DNA of 64,000 nucleotides, taken from positions 104,162,001-104,226,000 of the forward strand of contig NC_058373.1 of the NCBI RefSeq assembly GCF_018350175.1, read 5' to 3'. Within the stretch, counting starts at the first letter, position 1; every line of letters begins with the position of its first letter. Position numbers and translations under genes: made by a program. Below, piece by piece: positions 14,196-26,400 of this stretch. The DNA comes from Felis catus. Its lineage: Eukaryota. The notes beneath the pieces were generated by a model that saw nothing but the letters and a program-made list of their open reading frames with translations, was not told the DNA's origin and ran no database searches.

Positions 14196-14410
14196 TCTTT
14201 AAAAAGCAGAATGCAGAGAACTAATCAATAGATCATTCTTAAAGAGCTGATAAAGTAATTCAATGAGATATAGAACTCCAAAAAACATAATTTTAATTAT
14301 GATGAACTTTGTCCAATTCCTGTGTCTGCTGTGCACATACAGGTTCTTCAAAACGGTTTTAGTTTTGTCATTAATTGACCCAGAAATTTTTTTCACATGA
14401 CTTTCAGAAT

Positions 14411-14423
14411 CGCACACACGCGC

Positions 14424-14473
<50 letters not shown>
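14411..14473 (+). repeat. (CG)n(CA)n alternating purine-pyrimidine tract
   Basis: Direct reading. Confidence 0.95.
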
Positions 14474-14475
<2 letters not shown>

Positions 14476-14479
14476 TTAG

Positions 14480-17400
14480 GATGGTGATAATGTTTGTAAG
14501 TGCTGTTCAGTAGAGAAACACAATGTGAGTTCTATTTTTTTTTAAATCAAACAAAAATGTAGGTATTACTATAAAAATAACTTCTCCCCCTTGTGGCAAA
14601 AAATGAAAATACATTTTACTGAAGAATCCTAATATAGAGGCACTTAGTATTACTCCTTCTAAAGTATTTTCACATAAACTCATGTGATCCTCTAAATAGC
14701 ACACAACATTTGCAAACAATATACTTAGAGGTAGTTTCACAGTTCTCTTAGGTCAGCAGTGTCTAGATTCTGTGTGGATACTATTCTCTATAGCAAAAAG
14801 CTGCAGGTTTGATAAAACTGCCACAACAAAATACTACAGTTCAAAGGAACCAAATCTACCCACAGTATAAAGATTAATATGATAGGCAGATAAAAAGGGA
14901 TGGTTTCACTTAAAGGCACCTGCCTATTTAAGATTACAGGGGCACCAAGAAGGCTTCCTACCTCTCAAAGTTTAATCCAAAAATTTTGAAAATCCACCAT
15001 TTGAGATTAATTCCTCAGAGGTGGTTCCATCCAATCTGCAGACTTAGAGTATTAATATGAAGATACGTTGGAAGGGATAAGACATTTTCCTTCATTTAAG
15101 ATTGCTAATAGTTAAAATAAAAGGAAGTCATTCATCTGAGCTATAAATAAATGAAACTTAACTTACTCATTCCAGATTCCTACACCTATTCTTAACCTTC
15201 CACACTTCTTCCAATTAAGTCACCAGTCACTGATAATTCTATGTTTTACTGACCTTCCAGTGATTATAAATTTAAGTGGTTTTTCAAAGTAAACTTAATT
15301 CCAGTTTCAGACTTTTAAATTAAAAGTGGCTCAGTTGGATACTGTTTCTTCAACATAGTAATATAAATATTAGTATCCTGGCTAAAATGAATTATTGACA
15401 ATTTTAATACATGTTGCACAGTACATATTAATATAGAAAAATACATGTTATCAGCAGCATAATGTTGACCATGTTCTAATCCATTCCACCTGCTCAAATA
15501 TTAGTGCAAATAATTATATATTTGTAATGCATCACTGCTGTCTAGCACAAATCTATGCCTTCTGAATAAATGACTTTCCTCTGAGGTTGTTTGCTGTTTG
15601 GAGTATGATGTGATATATTCATATTTAAATTGGCTTTGTACGGTGAGGCAGACTGCAACCATCTAAAACACTCAAAAAATGAACAAGTATGGTTAATTAC
15701 TTTTCTCTCCCACCACAAGTGATATTCATCTCAAGAACTGAAGTTTACTGTTATCACCCAAATATTAGTGTTAAAGTATACAGGGCCAAATATTCAAAAA
15801 TATCAATCTTGTTAAAGCCCAGAGTTATCAGCCTAACTGCTCCAAATCACCAATTAAAATTCTTACACTCTAACATGTCAGGTTTCTCTCTCATATACAC
15901 TTAGGAGTTGTTTCCTCCCTAAATTTGGAAAGAGAAAGGACTGATCAGTGGTAAGAATAAAAGTTAAGAGTCTTAACTCTTAAAAGATTAAACATGCATG
16001 TTTCCCCCTATATTTTCACTCCAGCATTAGCCATTTAAAAACTACCAAATGCATTAAATAATTAACACAATTGGCAAACGTATGACATTAAATAGTCTGT
16101 GTTTGAAGGTAGAAATACTGATTTGCCCATATTTTCCAAGGTAGAGTTGTGATTTACTCCTATGTTATAAAACACTTGGACTCTTTCTTCGGTAAAAGTT
16201 AAGCAGATATAGTACTGTAATTGTGTAAAATAATACTACAGAGAACTTTTTGAAAGATTTCTATTAAGTACAAACTTAATATTAAATTAAAATTTCATGA
16301 CCACTTATAAAATTTTAAAAACCAAATTTAAAAAGTATGACCACACATTGGGAACATTAAAAAATCCAACAGTAAATGAAATACTGATCCTGTGTATCAA
16401 CTTCATAGCCTAAACACTACAGTGGGAAACAAACATTGAATGAGAAGGAAATTAGACTAAGGAAAACTAATGAGTCTATCAAAATAAAAGACCTATTTAA
16501 TGTTACATAAGGAGAATAGTGCACAGAACATCAAGATGAGTGAGAAAGATTTAGGTTTCAATCTGAGCCTTTTATTACCTACAGACCTTTAGCAGGTCTA
16601 CTTAATGTTTTTTGTGGCTTAGATGTTTCATCTGTCAAATGGAGATAATACTACCCAACTCTTAAGGCTGTTTTGGAATCAAATGAGATCATGTATACAA
16701 ATGATTAGCATAGTGCATTGAATTTGAACCAATAAATGTAGCTATAATTATCTTTATTATGCACCAATATTTAAAAATTGTTGTTTTACTTTATGTAGAA
16801 TTATTTACTCTAACAATATAAACTGGTCTTTTCCTCCAAAGCGCATAACGTATTTCAGGACCGAGTTTCTCAAGCGGAGAGAAGTACTACCGAATTGAGT
16901 ATAGTTAAATTAACTGGATGAAAGCTTAAAGTGCTTTTGATATCAAATTCTCCAATAGAAATCAGGAGAATTCAGTACACTTCTAGAAAGTACCTCACAC
17001 TTCTGAGTCAATGAATAGTATGTGGGTAATATGAAACCTACTTTTGTATTGATAAAAAAAAAAAGTTAAATCCCAGATTTGAGCTTTTTAAGTTAATAAC
17101 AAATTATGCACAGAGTGAACCTTGCTGACTCTCACATAACAGTTGTTCAAGCATGTTTTAGGCACTACCTTATAAACATGACCACCTTAAAAGGTTTTGT
17201 GGCATTTTAGGAACCAAAATCTCTTTATCTGGATACCTGTAAATATTCACCATCTTAGGTGAGAAAAAGGCATTTTAAGGAAGCAGTACATTCTCCACTT
17301 TGAATCAATCTAATAATAAAATTATTTCACTGTAAGCCAGAAGGCTGATGTTCAGATAGTGAAAATTTAAAGTGAAAGAGGAAAGAAAATCATCTAAATA

Positions 17401-18458
17401 TATCGTAAGTTAATGTATTTAGCAGTTCTTTTTTAAAAAAGGAAGGTGCTAGGGACTTGCAACCATGGAGATGCTCAAAATGAGGCTAATACTTGTCTTG
17501 AAATAGTCAATGAGTCCTCTGTCTAAAGATTCATTCAACTGTTATTTTATAATTCTTCATAAGGACTATTCATCTACTGTGGTCGACTGTCATTTTCAAT
17601 ACCATAACTTATAGAGGCTAAAACCTGTGTCCTGTATTTTAACATAATATACTTAAGTTTCAGAAAAATAATTTGCAGTGTTTTGGAGCATATTTTCCAC
17701 TTCAAAACATTACATAGATATTGTCTGTTAGCTCCTGTAGAAATGCAGAAAACTGTAAGGATTCTCTTTAATCAAATGTTGTCTAATGTTACTAATATAC
17801 AAAGTTCCATTATTGCTACTTAAAATTTTATCATGTGCATTTGAAAAACATCTTACTTATTGATCATCTTTTTTGAGTCATAAATTGTGGGCCAAATTTT
17901 ATAGTGGTCATAAATATAAAAAATGCCTTAAAAATTGGAATAAAAACAATGCAAGGAATGCACAGGGCTTTATAGAACAAAATTTTTTAAAGAAAGATAA
18001 TCAGTTAAATTTCTAATCTTAGAAAAAAAAGTATTTTTCTTCTAAAAAAAAAAGGAGGTGAGAAGACCTATAAAAAATAAGGAACATCTTAAAAACTGAA
18101 ATAGCAATAATTTAGAAAATTAAGTATGGATATCCTTAAGATGTAAAAAATGGAGTGAAATAAAAAAACAATTGCAGGGAATTTGTTTATTAAGCATTAA
18201 TGTTAACACTTCTAAATTAAGTATTCACTTATGAGTTTTCTTTGTCACTGCCTTGGTCAATGGACATAATGGAAAATATTGCACAAAATTCAAGCATGGA
18301 AATAATAATTAACAAAATATTTAAGCAACATGTTTATGTTTTACATTTAAAAAAATTAATCCAAACAAAATAATTTGAAGCACTTCTCTGATTTGGAAGT
18401 CTTAAAATGTTCTCTCGTGTTTTATTTAAGATTTTGTTTTCTCTTTCTCTCTCTCTCT

Positions 18459-18496
<38 letters not shown>

Positions 18497-20243
18497 TGAC
18501 ACTGTACAAAGAGTTCAAATGGCCAGTAAAACTACTGCTTTAAAATTGTTGGCTTTAAGTAACAGAGGTATAATTTGAATTCACATCAGAGCTTTCTAAA
18601 ATGGCAATAGTACAAGCATATGACTTTCTCTAGTATCCAAAATCTGTTCTGGCTCTCCCCTTGGCTAGGGAATAGAAAACTAGACAGCTTTCTAAAGCTG
18701 CCACAATTTTCTAAAATGCTTTGATAAAAGTTGGCATACTTTGTTTCTTTTGCTTACCTTGATAACACTGGGCTAAACAGAAAATTAAGAGAATTCAGTC
18801 AATAGTAACTTAAACAGTAGGTAGTGCTGGATCTGGAAGTTTTGGTAAGATTGATGACTATTCAGAAACATAGTCTTAAAAGAAAAGTAGTTTGCCAAAA
18901 TTAGGCCAAAAAGCCTACATTAAAGGAAAAAAATGCCAAGAATGAGCTGAACATTAAAGTTTATCTGTTCTTAGAAGATTGCGAACAACACAAAGGGAAC
19001 TGAAATACTACACACAGATAAGAATGAATTCTTGCAGAGCAAGTTTAGAGAGATTGTAGAGTAAATAGCCTTGCTAAATTTCCACTTGACGTTTAAAATT
19101 TTATAAGTGATTTATTATGTCACCATATTAAGCCAATTCAGTTAACTCCATTCAAGAATTGCTTCAGAAATGCCTTGAAAAAGATAATGACAGAAACTAT
19201 AGATCTGAAAAGCAATCAGTCTTCACAAAGCTTGTCTCCAGACTTAGAATATATAATGCTGTCTATCAATTACTGATTCCCCTTAAAACAGATTATCAAT
19301 GTTCAGCCATCCCATCTTATTCCAGTTTAGTATTAAGAAAGTAATCTTAAAGGGCTGCATTGTTGCTAAACACTGTCAATATTTCTCATATTCACCATTT
19401 AGACTATACCTCAACTTTACTTCCCTTATAATATTAAAATAATGAATAAATATGGTCCTTCAGTTAAGGTCCTCCACCTTACCTTAAGTGAAATATAAAA
19501 TAAGGTAGACTTATTAATTTCTTGCTAGCATTGGCTTAAAATCTGTTTATGAAATAAGAAATAGTAAACTTTAAGTTTTTTTACCCAGAAAGCAGATGTA
19601 TTCTGATCCACTCCTAATATCTACATAAAACATTTCATCATATTAGTTCAGTTTATAACATTTTTCTTGGAATACTATTGTTGTACCTCAGGGAAAAATC
19701 CAATTAACCAACTACACAAATTATGCTCAGTTGTTAACCTTTTGAAAGAGGCAAAAGTTCTCTAAGAAAACTAAAATAACAACTGGTTAACAATTACCAA
19801 GTGCTGAAAAGGTCATTAAAAATTGGTAAATAATAAATGCAGTTTTGCTGTATTTTACCATCAATGCAAAATAGGATGGTGAAACTTCCCAATGGAATAT
19901 GTCAAAGAACATGAACTGGAACAGTGATAACATCTCATTTGTCTTCTGACACCAGCATTTTCCAGGATGAAAAGAGTGACACGTAGTTTCACATAATTTG
20001 AAATTTAGAATTTGAAATTTGTTAAGTTCAAGAATGGAATTAAAATTTAACTTAAGGGGAAAAAAGCAAAATATGGCCGGGTAGTGTCCAAATTTCAAAT
20101 AAAATCTCAAGGGTAAGTATGGCTGCTGTTTTTCCAAACAGTCATTTTTCCATAAAATGTTGGCTGTGTCATAAGAAATCTCCTGTGCTTTCTGTCAACC
20201 AAGACCTGCTGAAGTACAACATGTTTCCCTTGTAAATTCAACC
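14480..20243 (-). other. EXOC5: Probable long EXOC5 3' UTR (distal end uncertain)
   Basis: Follows the stop codon; AT-rich and free of carnivore SINEs. Candidate minus-strand AATAAA signals at 19111, 18186, 16753 and 16571. Confidence 0.55.
16510..16745 (+). mobile_element. MIR within the putative 3' UTR
   Basis: gtttcatctgtcaaatggagataatactacc...aaatgagat. Confidence 0.65.
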
Positions 20244-20432
20244 TCAGCTGAAATGTCGAGCAAGGCGGGCAGATCTATAGTCAGCACGAAGTTGTACGAA
20301 GGAGTGAAGAATGTTTTTGTCCAGATTAGCAAGTTGTTCTCCTGAGCAGACTTGCTTTAAATTATCTGGGGCAACTACCAGAAGATTGCAAAGTGCATGC
20401 AGAGTATCAAAAAGCTGTAATACCAGTGGGAT
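20244..20432 (-). CDS. EXOC5: EXOC5 exon 18, coding part with TGA stop
   Basis: cag|ATCCCA...[42 protein letters not shown]...ARLARHFS*. Confidence 0.97.
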   Translation of the reverse strand: MPLVLQLFDTLHALCNLLVVAPDNLKQVCSGEQLANLDKNILHSFVQLRADYRSARLARHFS

Positions 20433-23400
20433 CTGAATTAAGGAAAAAAAAAAAAACAGCATTGAAACAAAACGATTTCTAGTTTTACAATTAGTTTTTA
20501 ATCCTTCTCACTTATTTACTGTTATTCAGGAGTTACTAATGTGGGAGAGGTTCAATATATTAAAAAAATTTTAAAGCTTCAGAAAGTATTAAAACTCAAA
20601 TATTTCAGACATTACAAAAACGTGGTATAATCTTTTTGAAAAGATATATAGTATGCCAGTTTTCTTCAATAGTTAACAATCATTTATACTTTTGTGGATT
20701 AGAATTAGTTATCATTAATTTAGCACTTTTCTTAAATAATTTAAACCTTAAGGAAAACTGATTTCAGAGAGATGTACATGAAGAAAGAACATATTTTCCT
20801 GATGTGTGATATATACAGCTTTAGTTATGAAAGTCAACAATGTCATTTGAATTGTGGAACTGAAATATGGCCTTGTCTAAAATAAAGCACAAAGCAAAAA
20901 TGTGTTAATACTGAAAACATGATTGGAACAACACTTTTCCAGTTAGAAAATGTTAGATCTGTCTCGCTACAATATCAACAAGTTGTAAACTTTTCAGTAA
21001 TGACAGTAAGTCAGCATGCATTCTTAACGGTCTGACTTATGTTCCTGAGCCTATTTACAAGCTTCAGATTTGTGAATACGTACCTTGAAGTCTTTGGCAC
21101 ACTTCCTATATTCAGCTACATCACAAATTGCTAACATGCCACCCATACAACTGTAGGAATATTGTTGAAGATGCTCATAAATAAGTCGATGAAAACGTAC
21201 ACCAAGTTCCATCAAAACTGTATCCACATTCTTCCCATCCATGGAATTTTTAATCTTTTCCACTTGCTTTCTCACGTAAGCACAGACTTTAACACAGGCC
21301 TGTAAAATTTTTTCTACACTTATTACATAGAAATGGATATCAACTTAGATGAGGAGAAAATATATATAGTGTCTCACTGATTTCTAAGTATAAAAGAAAA
21401 TAACTTAGAGCACAGTAAGATGCACCAATGAAAATGTTAATGAAATTATTAAGCAAAGCAGATATTCTTACTAGTATATTGAATCATTTTACTCACATTA
21501 GTATATTGAATCAAAACATTGTTTTCATCTTCTGGCTTAAAATCTGTTTTCTTTTGTTCTGCAGCCAAGATATGCTTCATCTGTCCAATCATACAATTTA
21601 ACGTCCTAGAGAATTGAGAACACCATATATTTGATCCCTTTATTTAAACATTTAAAAAAATTTTTTTTAAAAATGTTTGTTTATTTTTGAGAGAGAGAGA
21701 GAAAGAGACAGTGTGAGCTGGAGAGGGGCAGAGAGAGAGGGAGACACAGAATCTGAAGCAGGCTCCGGGCTCTGAGCTGTCAGCACAGAGCTTGACGTGG
21801 GACTCGAACTCAAGAACTGTGAGCTCATGACCTGAGCCGAAGGCAGACACTTAACCAACTGAGCCACCCAGGAGCCCCTTGATCCTTTTATTTTATATTC
21901 ACTTCATATTATTTATACTAAATTGAAATTATTTAATTCCATAGCTCTGTAAAATTATTTACTGTTGGTAGACTTCAGATTTTAGAAAAAATAAATTCTA
22001 GGTCTTGCTATCAATGAACTCTGGTTTTATTTAGATTCCTGCTCTTTCCCAATACTTTATTTAAGGTAATATTAAAGATCTTAGAAATCTGTCCCTAACT
22101 TATTTCCTTAACAATTATATACAGAGAATGGTTAGCAAGAGGGGCAGATAGAGGGTTTAAGACGAATGGCCAACATTTGGAAGAAGACGTGAGAAGCATA
22201 TGAGTTTACACTCTAAGGACAATCAGTAGGCTGAACAAGTGGTACTAAAGACCCAGTTGAGAAATGAGAGCATGGGTTTGTAGTGGTACCAATAACATTT
22301 GAGTTATGTGATATTCTCCAACAGCAATCAGTCACCCAGTTATGGTAATAAAAGAGACTGCACTGATCCAAAACTTAGGATCTGTAAGATAGTTATGGTT
22401 AATGGAAATATATTTTAGGGGAATTAGAAGGGACTAATTCAAGAGCTGGGTCAAGCAACCTAAGCATAATAATAAGGTAAAGCTAGGAAAAGGGTAATTG
22501 GCAAACGATTAATAAATTAAGGGCTAGAGCTCCTGCTGAGGTCAGAAAGCAGGTTGTGGAGTTGGAAGAACAAGAGGTTATGAGCAATGAGTGGGATATT
22601 CAAGTTTGAGGTTTTTGTTACCAATGATAACAAGGTCTAGCAGGATATGAGAGTAGGTAGCTAAAGTGAAGATGGTCAAGAAAATGAATGGGTCAGACAC
22701 AAGGAAGTGGAAATGACCTACACTAAGGTTAAAAGAAAAACTGTGAGCCTGTTGCCCAAATTCTCAATAAATACAGGGGACTAACGTAAATGACTGAGAG
22801 ATAACAGCAATAAGAAAAGATTATGTGAGCTTCAAAGGCAAAGAGGTTCTGACCTAATACCCACAGGTGGACACTAGTCTGAAAATACCAGAAGGGATCA
22901 GGTGGATGCTCTGCTTCCCTCTTTTACCCATTATCCATGGAAAATGCGTAAAAAAATTAGAAGTTCACATTCATGAGACCACTACAGATCACTGTGCTTT
23001 CAATTGGTCAACCAGTACAAAGACTTTGAGACCAAAGCTTAAAATTTTTTTAAATATTTATTTATTTTTGAGAGATAAGTGGGGAGGGGCAGAGAGAGAA
23101 GGAGACAGAATCCAAAGCAGGCTCCAGGCTCTGAGTTTGTCAGCACAGAGCCCGATGCGGGGCCCGAACTCACAAACTGTGAGATCATATCTGAGCTGAA
23201 GTCGGACGCTCAACTGACTAAGCCACCCAGGCGCCCAAGACTAAAGCTTATATAGAAAGATATTAAGAAGATACCTAACAAATACATCTTTCCTGTACCT
23301 CTGAAAGCTTAATGTATCCAACCTCCCCACGTCCCAAATATGATTTTTAGGTATTCTGAGGCAAACCAAGAAGAAACAAATTAAGTTAATATGAGGGATT

Positions 23401-26400
23401 TAGGTTAGGAAACTACACACTTCTTGAAGGGATGATTATAATGTATATAAACATATTACATTATGTGAAATACTGTGTATGTATAATCTCCTGTTGTCCT
23501 GACTGAAAGCAAAAGGTAGAGGTCAGTTTTTAGGATTATTCTAAGCATATAATCAGTAAATTAAGCTCAGTAATTAATTCTATAACATGCCCTTTTCCCA
23601 GTTTTATTCTTTAACTTTATTTTTCTTTCCCTCATTATCATATACTCTACAGTATATTGATCTTAGTGAAAAGGTAATTGGGAGGTGACCTGCAAATTTG
23701 ATACTACTAATAAAGTAAAAATTATTTACTTTTTCACAAATTAGAGTGAATTTCAGGCTATCCTTGTAACAGCACTGTTAACTAACTTGCACTCAAATAT
23801 GCTTTGTTGAATAGAGGAGAAAGGAACAGAATTACAATATATAAAGAAGATATGCCCAAACCTAGTAGCAAGGGCTTTAGCATTTGAATCCTAGCTCTAC
23901 CACTACTCTTGAGCAAATACTTTATTTCTTTAAGCCTCCATTTCCTCATCTGTAAAACAGAAATAGTATTTTCTACCTAATAACACAAGTGAAGGTCCTT
24001 AACACTGTGCCTGGCACACAGCAAAAGCTTGATAAATGGTAACTGTCATCATCATTAGTAAGTATAAGACCACCACATCATCTCAAGAAAAGAGACCCAC
24101 TGCTCTATACCGTAAACAGATAATTAACTACAAAAACTGTTACAAAAAGTTTTGAACAGAGTTTGCATTCACTTAATGAAATTTACTTACAGAAAATTAG
24201 CATATTTATTTAAAGCATTTCAGACATAACCCTGAAAATTCTAAATGAAAATAAAATCCTCTATGTTACATACCATTTTTAAGGAGTTTTGAAAGAGTAG
24301 GAGAAAGGAGGAGGAGGAGAAAACGGTGGCTTCCAAGAATAGTTTTCAACTGAATCTAGTTTAAAAGAATCTAAACATACTAAAAACCATTTTCACGCTG
24401 CATTTATAATAGTGTTTTTACAAAAATTTTAAAAGTTTTAAAAAAATATTTATTTTTGAGAGAGAGAGAGACAGAGTGTGAGGCAGGAGAGGGGCAGAGA
24501 GAGAAGGAGACACAGAATCGGAAGCAGGCTCCAGGCTCTGAGCTGTCAGCACGGAGCCCGATGTGGGGCTCGAACTCTCGAACCGTGAGCTCATGACCTG
24601 AGCTGAAGTCGGACACTTAACCGACTGAGCCACCCAGGCGCCCCTAGTGTTTTTACAATTTAAAAAATATAAGAGGCAAGGGAGGGGGGTGCCTGGCTGG
24701 CTCAGTGGGTGGAGCATGTGGCTTTTGGAGGACTGAGAGTCCAAACCCCAAGCAGGGGTGTGGATTTTAAAATAAAATCTTTAGGGGCACCTGGGTAGCT
24801 TAGTTGGTTAAGCATCTGACTTCAGCTCAGGTCATGATCTCATGGTTCATGATTCGAGCCCTGCGTCAGACTCTCTACTGTTAGCACAGAGCCTGCGCTT
24901 CCAATCCGGTCTCCCTTTCTCTGCCCCTCCCCTACCTCGCACATGGTCTCTCTCAAAAATAAACATTAAAAAAAATAATAACATAAAATCTTAAAAAAAA
25001 AACAAAAAATAAAACTAACAACTTGCCTATCAATGCCAGTATCCAATTTCATCTCCATTTGTTCAATTATTTCTTTTTTCTTCTGAAGGCATTCAGATAA
25101 CTTAGGAGAAGAGCTATTCAATGTTTAAAAGGAAAAAAAAAATCACATTAGTAGCCTTATAACTCTGAAAGTTTTTCATATGCATATGTATATTGTTATA
25201 AAAATTTATAAATACACAAACATACATATATATTATTTTAATTTGCTTGCAAATCCAAGAAGCACGTAAGTAGTAACTACAGTGCCCAATTCAAACTAGG
25301 AAATTATGCAGTATTACTATGCCTAATAGTCACACTAGGAAAAATTAACCATTTAGAAGAGAAGGAAGAAGATTTAGATTCATTACTTTTTTTTTAATAT
25401 ATGAAATTTATTGTCAAATTGGTTTCCATACAAAACTCAGTGCTCATCCCAAAAGATGCCCTCTTCAATACCCATCACCCACCCCCCACCCCCCCCATCA
25501 GTCCTCAGTTTGTTCTCAGTTTTTAAGAGTCTCTTATGCTTTGGCTCTCTCCCACTCTAACCTTTTTTTTTTTTTTTTTTTTTGATTCATTACTTTCATC
25601 TCAGAGAAGATATCCCTCAAGAATATAAATATATGTGATTTTGAAATTTTGGGATTGTTTCGTTTTCTTCTTGTTTTGTTGTTTTGTGTTTGTTTCCTTT
25701 TTAATTAAATAACAGTAAAAAACAAAACAAAAAATAAAAAACAAAAAATCCATTGGATATCTTAAGAATATAATCAATTATACTAATTAAAGTTTGGAGA
25801 CTACAGCCAATCCAGTTGATTTAGCTTTCCTACACTAAAAAATAATTTTGACAATCATATTTGCCTTCTGAATGCCACCTAAATGTCAAAAACACACAAA
25901 ATATTAAGGAATATGCAACTCTAACAGTTATGTGGATTCTTTGCTATGTGGCATTACAGTTCTTAAATTAGTACATTTCCTTTCAAAGTGTGATTTAGGG
26001 ATTACAAGTGATCTTATCTTTAAGACTGTTTCTAGACTAATTTTTTGGCATATCAATGTTTACAATAAAATGTTTAAAATATTATCTTTTATATATTGTT
26101 CATCTTTTAATAGTACACATATAATTTTATAAGGCATGTTCACATATACTCCACCTTATTTAATCCTCACATGCTTGAAAAGTTCACATAAACTGATAGG
26201 AAAATATAAACCAAACCTTATTTAATGTCGTATATTAAAATCTGTCCTATTAATCTCATGAAATTTTTGTTGTAAGTCTTTATATGTAGAGAACATTATA
26301 ATATTCACTGACATACCAACAAAAATCAATTTGACTAACCTTATTAGTGGCATAAGGTGATCATTAAACTGCTTGTCAAAAAGATGAAAAATAGTATTGG

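Noticed and set aside
15964..15983. Short hairpin ttaagagt-ctta-actcttaa
   Set aside because: An 8-bp stem in AT-rich DNA is expected by chance.
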